Of a DNA stretch of 64,000 nucleotides, positions 42,458 through 52,255 are shown piece by piece. The notes under the pieces were generated by a model. The model had not been told where the DNA came from and did not search any database. It saw only the letters and a list, made by a program, of their open reading frames with translations. How positions within the stretch are numbered: the first letter of the stretch is position 1; the number at the start of each line of letters is the position of its first letter. Origin of the DNA: Gammaproteobacteria bacterium (GTDB lineage Bacteria; Pseudomonadota; Gammaproteobacteria; WOZS01); the NCBI GenBank assembly GCA_011620135.1, contig WOZS01000014.1:130-64129 (forward strand). The letters run 5' to 3'. The translations under genes and the position numbers were made by a program.

Positions 42458-43224
42458 TCGATGAGCGTGCGGTGATTCACCCGCGCTCTGCGATAGCAGC
42501 CGATGTCACCATCGGGCCCTATGCGATAGTGGGCGAAGGAGTCAGTATCGGCGAGGGTACCATCATCGGGCCTCACGCGGTGCTTTATGGGCCGACGCGT
42601 GTTGGCAGGCACAACCGCATCCATGCTTTTGCCTGTCTGGGAGGAGATCCCCAGGACAAAAAGTATGCTGGCGAGGAGAGCCTGCTGGAGATCGGTGATC
42701 ACAATACCATCAGGGAATATGTGACCATCAATCGTGGCACGGCTTTGGGGCGAGGGGTGACCATCATCGGTGATCACAACTGGATCATGGCCTATTGCCA
42801 TATTGCCCATGACTGTGTCTTGGGCAAAGGGATCGTCATGGCCAATGGCGCCTCGTTGGCTGGCCATGTGGAGATCCAGGACCATGCCGGTCTGGGCGGT
42901 TTCGTGCTGGTGCATCAACACTGCCGCATCGGTACCTATGCCTTCCTTGGCATGGGTTGTGCAATAACCAAGGACGTGCCGCCGTTTGTCTTGGTGGCAA
43001 CTGACCCGGTACAGCCCCGGGGCATCAATGTGGTGGGATTGCAGCGCCATGGTTTCAGCAAGGAACAGTTGGCCAGGCTTCGCCGGGCCTACCGGCTCAT
43101 CTACCGTTCAGGCAAGCGCCTGGATGAGGCCCGGGATGTGCTGGGCGACCTGGCTACAGGACAACCGGAGATCGCCGTCCTATGGAACTTTCTCAAGGAG
43201 CCCGGCAGAGGCATCCTGCGTTGA
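42454..43224 (+). CDS. lpxA: UDP-N-acetylglucosamine O-acyltransferase
   Basis: PQDKKY.GE, N.IREYVTI.RGT, MAY.HIAHDC, LAGHV, VHQ, DVPPF, RGILR. Confidence 0.98.
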   Translation: MIDERAVIHPRSAIAADVTIGPYAIVGEGVSIGEGTIIGPHAVLYGPTRVGRHNRIHAFACLGGDPQDKKYAGEESLLEIGDHNTIREYVTINRGTALGRGVTIIGDHNWIMAYCHIAHDCVLGKGIVMANGASLAGHVEIQDHAGLGGFVLVHQHCRIGTYAFLGMGCAITKDVPPFVLVATDPVQPRGINVVGLQRHGFSKEQLARLRRAYRLIYRSGKRLDEARDVLGDLATGQPEIAVLWNFLKEPGRGILR

Positions 43225-43248
43225 TGCAGTCTGTTTCTGGTTCATGAC

Positions 43249-46200
43249 ATGAGGCCTGTGGATCTCCTGTGGGTGCTGATTGCCGCAGCATTGGTCTTTA
43301 CCATGCAGATGGGCTTTCTCTGTCTGGAAGCAGGCTTCACCCGCGCCAAGAACGCCATCAATGTGGCCATGAAGAATGCCCTCAACTTCATGATCACCAC
43401 GGTGGTTTTTTACCTGTTTGCCTTTGGGCTGATGTTCGGGCGCGACTGGGGTGGCCTGATTGGCCTGAGCTACCTGGCCATGCCATTCAGCGGCGATCAT
43501 CTGGCTCATGAGGCCATGTTCTTCGTCTTCCAGCTCATGTTCTGCGCCACTTCGGCCGCCATTGTGTCCGGTGCGGTGGCCGAGCGCATGCACCTCATTG
43601 GCTATGGGCTCACGACGCTGATGGTCACAGGTCTGATCTACCCCGTGTATGGTCACTGGGTGTGGGGGCAGGGACTGGATGCCTCCCACGCGGGATTTCT
43701 GGGGATAAGGGGCTTTATCGACTTTGCTGGATCCTCTGTGGTACACAGCGGGGGGGGTTGGGTATCATTGGCAGGGGTGCTGGTCCTGGGGCAGCGCACC
43801 GGCCGTTTCGATGCCCAGGGGCGCCCAGTGTCCATCCCGGGCAGCAACGTGCCCTTTGCCACCCTGGGCATGCTCATGCTCTTTTTCGGCTGGATAGGCT
43901 TCAACGGCGGCAGCACCCTGGCACTCAATGCCAGTGTGCCCATTATAATCACCAATACCCTTGTTGCAGGATGCTGTGGCTGCCTGGCGGCCACCGTCAT
44001 CGATCGGCTGCGTACCGGGCTGGTCTCGCCCGAGGCCCTGATCAATGGGGCCATCGCCGGTCTCGTGGCCATCACGGCCAACTGCCATGTGGTCAATACA
44101 CCGATTGCCATGATGATCGGTGCCGTTGGCGGAGTGATCATGCTCGTGGTGCAGGACATACTGTTGAGGCTGCGCATCGATGATGCTGTGGGCGCCATCC
44201 CAGCGCACCTGGGGCCCGGGATCTGGGGCACGCTGGCTGTGTTGTTTGGCGACAAGGCGCTGATTGGCACGGGCCTGAGTCGCATGGATCAGCTCTGGGT
44301 GCAACTCTTTGGCATCGTCATCTGTGGCACATGGTGCTTCGGGGTGGGCTTTCTCATCCTCTGGACAACAAACCGGATCAGGCCCTTGCGCATCACGAAG
44401 GAGGATGAATACCAGGGCCTGAATGTGACCGAGCATGGGGCTACCACCGAACTGATCGATCTGTTGCAGGTCATGGAAGCACAAGCACAGGAGCAAACGG
44501 CCGATCTCTCCAGGCGTGCCCCAGAGGAGCCCTTTACCGAGGTGGGGCAGATCGCCAAGCTGTACAATCGGGTTCTTGACAGCCTGGAGCGGGCCACCGC
44601 CAGGGCCTCGGCCATCGTACGCGATATGCGTGATGCGGTCTTGACGCTGGCCCCCACCGGGGCTGTCATGTCCATGAACCCCGCAGCCCAACAGTTGTTT
44701 GGTAAAACCGAAAGCGAGCTTTGCGGCACCCCGCTGGACATGTGGCTGTCGGCCGATGAGGGCAACCACCAGCCCGTGGATCTGATCCAGAAGTTTATTA
44801 TGGCCCAGCAGCAGGATGTCGCCCTGGGGGTGGATGTTCTCGAGTGTCTGGCCAGGACGGCAAGCGGGCCATGCCCCGTGGAGGTCTCCTTTGGGCAGGC
44901 CATGAACGAGGAGGGTTTTCTCACGGCGGTGATCCGTGACGTCCGTGCCCGGCGCCAGGCGGCGGATCAGCTGTATGCCGAAAAACAGCTGGCCGAGTTT
45001 GCGCTGCAGACCACCGGTGATGCGGTGGTGCGTTGCGACAAGAATCGTCGCATCACCTACATGAATCCCATCGCCGAGGGCTTGACCGGGATACCCATGA
45101 GGGATGCGCTCCTGCGCCCACTGCTGGAGGTGGTGCAATTGGCTCATGACGAGGCCGGTAACACCCTCGTCGACCCACTTTCCTTTGCAAAGCAGCGGCC
45201 CACAATGTCTCCCGGCGACTATTTCTGGCTGATCCATCGCGATGGAGCCAAAAGGGCGGTGACCTTTTCCGCTGCCGCCATTCCCGATGCGCACGGTCAC
45301 CTGACAGGCTTTGTCCTGGTGGTGCGCGACATGAGCGAGCAGTACAGGATTACCCGAACGCTGTCGGATCAGGCTGATCATGATCAGCTCACGGGTCTGG
45401 CCAATCGCCGCAAATTCGAGCGAGAGCTGGAAAGCACGCTGGGGATGCTCCGGGACATGGTTCCCTCCTCCCCGGGTTCTGTCCTGGCATTCATCGACCT
45501 GGATCGCTTCAAGATCGTCAACGATACATGCGGTCATCTGGCCGGGGACGCCCTGCTCAAGGACATCAGCAGTCTGCTCAACAAGGAAATCATTCACATC
45601 CGCAATACCGACCTATTGGCCCGGCTGGGTGGGGACGAGTTTGCCGTACTGCTGCGGGATTGTCCTGTGGACAAGGCGGTGGAGCTGGCCAATGGCTGGC
45701 TGCAGGCTCTGCGCGCCTTTCGCTTTCACTGGAATGGGCGGACCTTTTCCATTGGCGCCAGCATCGGCCTGGTGCGCCTCGATGGCTCGTCCAGCCTCAA
45801 ACAGATGCTGGCCGATGCCGATGCAGCCTGTTATGCCGCCAAGACCTCCGGTCGCGATCAGGTGCATGTCTATCGGCAGGACGACCGCCAGTTGGCGGCC
45901 CTGCGCCGGGAGCAGAGCTGGGCGCAGCGGATCACAGAAGCCCTGGAGCAGCACCGCTTTCGACTCTATACCCAAAAGGTGATGCCCACAGGAGCCACCC
46001 CTCTCTTGCAGCCCTATGAAGAGGTGATGGTGCGCATGGTAGTGGAGAACGAGGAGATCATCTCTCCCGAGGCCTTTCTTCCGGCTGCCGAGCGCTTCAA
46101 TCTGTCCAGCGCCATCGATCGTTGCGTCATCGAGGAGTTTTTTGATTTTCTTGCCCACCAATCCCCGGATGAACTCCAGGGCCCCTATTCGCTGAATCTC

Positions 46201-46689
46201 TCTGGGTCATCCCTGGAAAACAAGGAACTGCTTGGAGAGATCGAGCACTTTTTGCAGTGCCATCCCCATCTGCATGGCCTGGTGTGGTTCGAGGTAGCCG
46301 AACAGCACGCACTGTCCCGCCTCGACGAGGCCGTACGCTTCATGCAGGCCCTGGCACAGTACGGCTGCCGCTTTACCATCGACCATTTCGGGACCAGTTC
46401 CGGATCCATTGCACAGCTGGGTATGCTGCCGGTGCATATCCTCAAGTTTGACCCACAGCTCATCGTGCATGCCATCGGCAACGAGGACCGCTTTCGGCTC
46501 GTCCTGGCGTTGAACCAGCTGGCTCATGCCCTGGAAATGTATTCCGTGGTCAAGTTCATCGAGGACCCGGTTACCCTGGATCGGATCAAACGCTTTGGCG
46601 TGGATTATGTCCAAGGACAGGCTGTCGCCCCCATTGTCCCGTTGGGCTTGTCGGCACAAGAGACAAGCAGTTCATACCCCATACCATAG
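43249..46689 (+). CDS. Ammonium transporter fused to HAMP-PAS-PAS-GGDEF-degenerate EAL (putative ammonium-sensing diguanylate cyclase)
   Basis: Amt motifs MQMGF..LEAG, FQLMF...IVSGAVAER, HWVW, DFAGSSVVH, GW.GFNGGS, IDDAVGAIPAH; then HAMP-like, two PAS, ARLGGDEF and a degenerate EAL domain in one 1146-aa ORF. Confidence 0.93.
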   Translation: MRPVDLLWVLIAAALVFTMQMGFLCLEAGFTRAKNAINVAMKNALNFMITTVVFYLFAFGLMFGRDWGGLIGLSYLAMPFSGDHLAHEAMFFVFQLMFCATSAAIVSGAVAERMHLIGYGLTTLMVTGLIYPVYGHWVWGQGLDASHAGFLGIRGFIDFAGSSVVHSGGGWVSLAGVLVLGQRTGRFDAQGRPVSIPGSNVPFATLGMLMLFFGWIGFNGGSTLALNASVPIIITNTLVAGCCGCLAATVIDRLRTGLVSPEALINGAIAGLVAITANCHVVNTPIAMMIGAVGGVIMLVVQDILLRLRIDDAVGAIPAHLGPGIWGTLAVLFGDKALIGTGLSRMDQLWVQLFGIVICGTWCFGVGFLILWTTNRIRPLRITKEDEYQGLNVTEHGATTELIDLLQVMEAQAQEQTADLSRRAPEEPFTEVGQIAKLYNRVLDSLERATARASAIVRDMRDAVLTLAPTGAVMSMNPAAQQLFGKTESELCGTPLDMWLSADEGNHQPVDLIQKFIMAQQQDVALGVDVLECLARTASGPCPVEVSFGQAMNEEGFLTAVIRDVRARRQAADQLYAEKQLAEFALQTTGDAVVRCDKNRRITYMNPIAEGLTGIPMRDALLRPLLEVVQLAHDEAGNTLVDPLSFAKQRPTMSPGDYFWLIHRDGAKRAVTFSAAAIPDAHGHLTGFVLVVRDMSEQYRITRTLSDQADHDQLTGLANRRKFERELESTLGMLRDMVPSSPGSVLAFIDLDRFKIVNDTCGHLAGDALLKDISSLLNKEIIHIRNTDLLARLGGDEFAVLLRDCPVDKAVELANGWLQALRAFRFHWNGRTFSIGASIGLVRLDGSSSLKQMLADADAACYAAKTSGRDQVHVYRQDDRQLAALRREQSWAQRITEALEQHRFRLYTQKVMPTGATPLLQPYEEVMVRMVVENEEIISPEAFLPAAERFNLSSAIDRCVIEEFFDFLAHQSPDELQGPYSLNLSGSSLENKELLGEIEHFLQCHPHLHGLVWFEVAEQHALSRLDEAVRFMQALAQYGCRFTIDHFGTSSGSIAQLGMLPVHILKFDPQLIVHAIGNEDRFRLVLALNQLAHALEMYSVVKFIEDPVTLDRIKRFGVDYVQGQAVAPIVPLGLSAQETSSSYPIP

Positions 46690-46698
46690 TGTCCGGAG

Positions 46699-49600
46699 AT
46701 GAGCGCTGACCTCGAGACCAGCCGGCACGCAGCGCTGCGCTGTGACCTGGAGCCTGAGGCAACCCTGGCGGACATGGTGCTGGCCGAGGCGCATTGTGAC
46801 GACGCCATGCGCCAGCGCATCTTCCTGCGCGGCACAGCATTGGTGTCCCTCCTGCGTCATCATCCCCCCCGGGGCCTGGATGCCTTGTTGCATACCTATG
46901 CCCTGGATACCAGGGAAGGGATTGCCCTGTTGTGCCTGGCCGAAAGCCTGTTGCGCATTCCCGATGAGGCCACCTGTGAGCAGCTCATTGCCGAACGGCT
47001 GAGCAGCGGGGCCTGGGAGCGTGCCAAGGCGGAAGACTTCTGGGCCCATGCCTCGGTGTGGGGCTTGATGTTGGGTACGCGCTTTGTGGATATGCGCCTC
47101 GAACCCGGGAGCATGCTGCGCCGGCTGATGGGCAGATTGGGGGAGAGCGTGGTGCGCCGGGCGGTGGTTCAGGCGGTGCGCCTGATGGCCCGGCAGTTCA
47201 TCGTGGGCCGCACCATCACAGAGGCTCTGGAGCGTGCCGACCAGGAGGGCTTTCCGTGCTGCTCGTTCGACATGCTTGGCGAGGCCGCACGAACCCGTGA
47301 GGATGCTGAGCGCTATTTCATGGCCTACCAGCGCGCCATTGGTACCATTGGTGCTCGCTGCCAGGGCAGCAAGTCCCCTGCTGTGAGTCATGGCATTTCC
47401 ATCAAGCTTTCGGCTCTGGAACCGCGCTTCGAGCCCTTTCATTTACCCCATGTCCTACCGGGACTGATCGAACGGGTCCGGCTCTTGGTGGAGCATGCCG
47501 CGGCCTATGGCCTGGGGGTGACGCTGGATGCCGAGGAGAGCTGGCGGCTCGATGGCACCTTGCAGGTCTTCGAGGCCTTGCTGGCCAAGCCGGGACTGGC
47601 CCACGCCCATGGCCTGGGACTGGCCGTCCAGGCCTACCAGAAGCGCGCCTTTGCTCTGGTGGGCTATCTGATCGAGCTTGCGCGCGCCCGCAACAGGCGC
47701 ATCACGATCCGCCTGGTGAAGGGGGCTTATTGGGATACCGAGATCAAGCGGGCCCAGATGCTGGGACTGGATGGCTATCCGGTGTGGACGCGCAAGGCGG
47801 CCACCGACTGTTCCTATCTCGCCTGCGCAAAGCGCCTGTTGGCGGCACGGGATGTGCTCTATCCCCAGTTTGCCACCCACAATGCGCATACGGCCGCAGC
47901 CATTCTGGAGCTGGCCGCAGGACACGTGGCAGGGTTTGAACTGCAGCGCCTCCACGGCATGGGCGAGGCCCTCTATGCGGCCATGCCCGAAGTGCCCCAT
48001 CGGGTCTATGCCCCGGTGGGCTCCTATGAGGAATTGTTGCCCTATCTGGTGCGCCGCCTCCTGGAAAACGGTGCCAACACCTCGTTCATCAACCGCATTG
48101 CCGACGCCACCTTGCCCATCGCGACACTGCTGCAGGATCCGGCCGAGGCGCTTGCCGCCTGTGAGCCCAAGCCGCACCCAGGTATCCCTCTGCCTCGCCT
48201 GATTTTTCCCGATCGCCTGGCCGCCCAGGGGCTCGACCTTGCCAATCCAGTGGTGGCAGATCCCCTGTGGATCGCCGTTCAGGGCGCTCGCCACAGATAC
48301 TGGCACGGTTCATCCATCATTGCTGGCCTGCCAGTGTCCCAGCGTCATGCAAGCCCATGTGCCAGCCCGGCCGATCAGGGCCATATCCTGGGCAACAGTG
48401 TTTCCGCAACACCCCAGGACTGTGAGCAGGCCATGGCTACCGCCCATGCCGGCTTCGCGTCGTGGGCGCTGCAGGCGGTGCAAGAGCGTGCCGCCATTCT
48501 GGAACGAGCCGCCCAGCGTCTGGAAGCCGATTATGCCCCATGGCTGGCCTTGCTGATGCTGGAGGGTGGCAAGACCATGAGCGACGCCCTGGGGGAGGTG
48601 CGCGAGGCTGTGGATTTCTTGCGCTTTTATGCCCTGCAGGCAAGGCGCCTTTTGGCTGGACCCAGGATGATGCCTGGCCCCACCGGCGAGGAGAATCAAC
48701 TGTGGCTGGCGCCCCGCGGCGTGTTCGTCTGCATCAGCCCATGGAATTTTCCCCTGTCGATTTTTCTGGGCCAGATCAGTGCTGCTCTTGTGTGCGGCAA
48801 TGCTGTGGTGGCCAAGCCGGCCGAGGAGACGCCGCTGGTGGCGACGGCCGCCATCCGCTTGCTTCTTGAATGTGGCGTGCCTGGCGATGTCATCCAGCTG
48901 GTGCTGGGTAATGGCCCGGAGGTGGGCGAACCACTGCTCAAGGATCCCCGTCTTGCAGGTGTTGTCTTTACTGGCGGTACGGCAACCGCCTGGCGCATCC
49001 AGGCCGTGCTCAGCCAGCGTCGTGGCGCGGTGGTGCCTTTCATCGCCGAGACGGGGGGGCAAAATGGCATGATCGTGGACGCCAGTGCCCTGCCCGAGCA
49101 GGTGATTGACGATATCATCTGGAGCGCCTTTGGGGCTGCCGGCCAGCGCTGTTCGGCGCTACGGGTGTTGTGCGTGCAGGAGGAGCTGGCACCGCGGCTG
49201 CTTGCCCTGCTGCAGGGTGCCATGGCCACCCTGCATGTGGGGCATCCCCTGACGCCGCACACCGACATCGGTCCTGTGATCTCCAGTGCCGCCGCCCATG
49301 CCCTGGAGGAACATGCCCAGCGCATGGCCCAGGTGGCACAACCCATCGGCCATACTCCTCTGCCCGTTTTCCTGCCGGATGGACATTATGTGGCTCCCAG
49401 GGCCTTTTTGCTCGAGGATCTGGGCATGCTGCAAGGCGAGGTTTTTGGCCCCATGCTCCACGTGTGCACCTTCCCCCATGACAGGCTCGAAGAACAGGTG
49501 CTGGCCCTCAACGCCACAGGCTATGGTCTGACCATGGGGGTGCACAGCCGGCTGCAGAGCACCATCGAGACCGTGCGGCGCACAGCCCGGGTGGGTAACC

Positions 49601-49788
49601 TGTATGTGAACCGTTGCATGGTGGGCGCAACCGTGGAGTCCCAGCCCTTCGGCGGCGAGGGGCTGTCAGGCACCGGCCCCAAGGCCGGCGGCCCGCACTA
49701 TCTGTTGCGCTTCCTGACGGAGCGCAGCGTTTCTATCAACACCACAGCCTGGGGCGGCAACGCAACCCTCATGAGTCTTGCGGAGTAG
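46699..49788 (+). CDS. putA: Bifunctional proline dehydrogenase / glutamate semialdehyde dehydrogenase (no obvious N-terminal RHH domain)
   Basis: EGIALLCLAESLLRIPD, SFDMLGE, RLVKGAYWD.EIK, QFATHN, YLVRRLLENGAN, ISPWNFP, IAETGGQN, GQRCSALR, GTGPKAGGP.YL. Confidence 0.98.
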   Translation: MSADLETSRHAALRCDLEPEATLADMVLAEAHCDDAMRQRIFLRGTALVSLLRHHPPRGLDALLHTYALDTREGIALLCLAESLLRIPDEATCEQLIAERLSSGAWERAKAEDFWAHASVWGLMLGTRFVDMRLEPGSMLRRLMGRLGESVVRRAVVQAVRLMARQFIVGRTITEALERADQEGFPCCSFDMLGEAARTREDAERYFMAYQRAIGTIGARCQGSKSPAVSHGISIKLSALEPRFEPFHLPHVLPGLIERVRLLVEHAAAYGLGVTLDAEESWRLDGTLQVFEALLAKPGLAHAHGLGLAVQAYQKRAFALVGYLIELARARNRRITIRLVKGAYWDTEIKRAQMLGLDGYPVWTRKAATDCSYLACAKRLLAARDVLYPQFATHNAHTAAAILELAAGHVAGFELQRLHGMGEALYAAMPEVPHRVYAPVGSYEELLPYLVRRLLENGANTSFINRIADATLPIATLLQDPAEALAACEPKPHPGIPLPRLIFPDRLAAQGLDLANPVVADPLWIAVQGARHRYWHGSSIIAGLPVSQRHASPCASPADQGHILGNSVSATPQDCEQAMATAHAGFASWALQAVQERAAILERAAQRLEADYAPWLALLMLEGGKTMSDALGEVREAVDFLRFYALQARRLLAGPRMMPGPTGEENQLWLAPRGVFVCISPWNFPLSIFLGQISAALVCGNAVVAKPAEETPLVATAAIRLLLECGVPGDVIQLVLGNGPEVGEPLLKDPRLAGVVFTGGTATAWRIQAVLSQRRGAVVPFIAETGGQNGMIVDASALPEQVIDDIIWSAFGAAGQRCSALRVLCVQEELAPRLLALLQGAMATLHVGHPLTPHTDIGPVISSAAAHALEEHAQRMAQVAQPIGHTPLPVFLPDGHYVAPRAFLLEDLGMLQGEVFGPMLHVCTFPHDRLEEQVLALNATGYGLTMGVHSRLQSTIETVRRTARVGNLYVNRCMVGATVESQPFGGEGLSGTGPKAGGPHYLLRFLTERSVSINTTAWGGNATLMSLAE

Positions 49789-49938
49789 ACAAGGGTCTCG
49801 AGATAACGTGCGATGGAGCCTGACCAGAACCGCGGTTCCCTCCGGGATTTTCCCGGGAGAAAGGGCTTGGGGCCTTGTCCTGTCCAGGACAGCACCCGGG
49901 AGCGCAGAGGGGCGCGGTGGAGCAATGGAGTATATGGG

Positions 49939-51132
49939 CTATTTGCGCCCTGCAGCCCAGCGGAAGCCGAAGCCGAAACCCTCATCCATGAGCTGTTGAT
50001 CGCGGAAGTAGCGCACCTGTTTGGAAATACGTATATTGCCGCCCTCGTTTTCCAGAAGTGCAATGGCACAGCAGCGCTCGTTGCTGGCTGTGCTGTCCAT
50101 GTTGACCACCAGTTCAGGATGGCCTGGAGCCCTGATGGTGACCACGCCGTCGGTCTGTGCCCAGTTGGGCACGCCCTCATAGATGAAGGCATAGACCAGA
50201 GCGCGCTCGAATTGATCCCAATATGCGCCATTGAGGCGCAGATTTTCGCCCTCGGTAGCACTGCCGGTGCGGTCATCACCCATGAGCTGCAGATAGGGCC
50301 ACTGCTCAAAGAAGCCGAAATTCTCACCCAAGGCCTGGATGACCGTTTTCTGGCCGTCCCGGTAGGCCGCCATGCAACCCAGGTCCAGGTCGATGCCGCC
50401 TGAACCGCGCAGGCGCTGCAGCAATCCTCTGGATTGCTGACCCGCTGGGCTGCGATTCCAGTTGAGGTTGATGAGCATCTCGCCCAGACCGCGGCCCTTT
50501 TCCAAGGAAACAGGCTTGTTCTTTTCCAGGACCACCTTGTGCAGGCGCACGCCCGGTGCGGACTCAGCCGAACTGGGCGGTGGCGCGGCAGGTGCTGCAG
50601 CTGGCGGTTGGGCTGGTCGTTCTTCTGTGATGTCCACACCGAGATGGCTGGCCAGTGCGGCAAGCCCGCCCACGAATCCCTGCCCCACGGCACGCACTTT
50701 CCATTGCTCCTTGTGGCGATAGATCTCGCCCATGATGAGGGCTGCCTCAGCCATACCTGCTGTGGGCAGGCGGAATGTGATGGTTTCGCCGCCATCATGC
50801 ACCTGCATCTGGGCTGCTGTGATCTGGCCGAAGGTTTGGCGGCGCGTCGTTCCTTCGTGGATGGTCAGGACGAACTGGATCTTGCTTGCGGTCCGCTCCA
50901 GCCGCCCCAGATCCAGGGTAAAGGTGCCGGGATCACCAAGCGTGACGGCACCCTGGCCGAAGTCCTTCTGGCCATAGAAGATGAAGGCGGCATCGCCCAG
51001 CACCTTGCCATCGACCCCCAGGACAAAGGCACTGGCGTCGATCTCCATGCCCTGTGGCACACCCTGGGTGGTCAGGGTGACGCGGGGTGATGCGGTGCGC
51101 AGGGGCTGGTTGGCGCCTTGTTGTAGATCCAT
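49939..51132 (-). CDS. terA: TerA-like protein (N-terminal TerD domain plus C-terminal TerA domain)
   Basis: IDASAF....GKV..D..FIFY and EIYR..EQWKVRAVGQG (TerD fold); Pro/Ala linker; INLNW, IDLDLGC, IQALG..FG, GDDRTG...GEN, AFIYEG, GFRW..G.K. Confidence 0.8.
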   Translation of the reverse strand: MDLQQGANQPLRTASPRVTLTTQGVPQGMEIDASAFVLGVDGKVLGDAAFIFYGQKDFGQGAVTLGDPGTFTLDLGRLERTASKIQFVLTIHEGTTRRQTFGQITAAQMQVHDGGETITFRLPTAGMAEAALIMGEIYRHKEQWKVRAVGQGFVGGLAALASHLGVDITEERPAQPPAAAPAAPPPSSAESAPGVRLHKVVLEKNKPVSLEKGRGLGEMLINLNWNRSPAGQQSRGLLQRLRGSGGIDLDLGCMAAYRDGQKTVIQALGENFGFFEQWPYLQLMGDDRTGSATEGENLRLNGAYWDQFERALVYAFIYEGVPNWAQTDGVVTIRAPGHPELVVNMDSTASNERCCAIALLENEGGNIRISKQVRYFRDQQLMDEGFGFGFRWAAGRK

Positions 51133-51147
51133 GCTGGTCTCCCAGGT

Positions 51148-52152
51148 CTAGGCGGGGTGCTGATCAGACGAGGTTGTGCCCATCTCCGGGCTGGTGGATT
51201 GGGGGCTGGGTTGGCGTGGGGTCGATTTGCGCTGCCCCTGGTCATCAGCAGCAGCATCGATGGTTATCGCAACCCCAGAAGCGCTCTGGTAGGAACCGGG
51301 GGCCTCGGCCACCAGCAACGCTCTCCAGCCCTGCCCCTGGGGGGCCAAGCGCAGCACATGGCCCGGGGCATGGCTGCCGCGCTGCTCCGGGGTGGTTGTG
51401 GCGCTGTAAAGAGGTGTGCCCGGCTCCAGCCATTGGGCTGCCGTGCCATGGTACAAATGGCGCTTGACCTGGCCGCGAAAATGCACCCGGGCTACGATCT
51501 CCTGGCCGGGATAGCAGCCTTTCTCCATGCTGAGGCCGCCTTGCTGCTCCAGGTTCAGCATCTGCGGCAGGAACAGGCCGCTTGTGCCCGGCAGGATCCA
51601 GGGCATCCCAGTCGCTATCTCCTGGCCATGGAAAGCCGCCCATGGGGATGGCGCCGCTGGCGGGGCATGGGCTGGATCCCGTGGCGCGCTGGTCCAATGG
51701 AGCACCCAGCCGTTGGGCCAGCCAAGGCTGTATTGCTCGCCTTCGCCTGCCGGACGGATGAAGCCCTGCCAGGGTGCTGCTCCTGGTTGTGTTGCCAGCG
51801 GCTCTTGCAGCTCAATGGCGCCCTGCCAGGAAACAAGGCGCACCTTGGTGCGCAGGATATAGCGGGACAACAGCCTGCTGGTCTCGGCGCGCATGATCTC
51901 GGGTACAACCAGCCACGCCTGCTGGGGGCTTGCGAGCGCCACCACGACCACAAACAGGACCCGGCCCTGGGGGTTCAGGAAAGCAGCCGGTACAGCCTGG
52001 ATGGTTCCCGCCGCCGGTGCCAGGGCGCGCAGGTCGGCGGTGAGCAGGTTCTGTAAAAATGGTTGCGCTTCAGGGCCGGTGACCTGGAGCAGCGCCAGGG
52101 GTGGTGCCCAGGCTTGCTCTTCTGTTGTGCTTGGGTTGTGGTTGGCATCCAT
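51148..52152 (-). CDS. ygfZ: Folate-binding Fe-S/tRNA-modification protein YgfZ
   Basis: FLQ.LLT.D, LNPQGR, FLPQMLN, KGCYPGQEIVAR...RG..KR. Confidence 0.93.
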   Translation of the reverse strand: MDANHNPSTTEEQAWAPPLALLQVTGPEAQPFLQNLLTADLRALAPAAGTIQAVPAAFLNPQGRVLFVVVVALASPQQAWLVVPEIMRAETSRLLSRYILRTKVRLVSWQGAIELQEPLATQPGAAPWQGFIRPAGEGEQYSLGWPNGWVLHWTSAPRDPAHAPPAAPSPWAAFHGQEIATGMPWILPGTSGLFLPQMLNLEQQGGLSMEKGCYPGQEIVARVHFRGQVKRHLYHGTAAQWLEPGTPLYSATTTPEQRGSHAPGHVLRLAPQGQGWRALLVAEAPGSYQSASGVAITIDAAADDQGQRKSTPRQPSPQSTSPEMGTTSSDQHPA

Positions 52153-52255
52153 GGCATCTTGTCCGCAAGTGGTCCAATGAGGTTCGGGGGGCGACCCACA
52201 CAGGGAATTATACGCGCTTCATCCAGCCTAGCACAGCGCACGCCGCCGAGGAATG

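Noticed and set aside
43765-45597. 610-aa antisense ORF, and similar long ORFs such as 19210-20913, 31634-33172, 54359-55969, 56079-57593 and 62086-63723
   Set aside because: They lie opposite well-supported genes, show no recognisable motifs, and are expected shadow ORFs in high-GC coding DNA.
49789-49938. Intrinsic terminator between convergent putA and terA
   Set aside because: Only weak inverted repeats (for example TGTCCTG-TC-CAGGACA) with no U tract on either strand.
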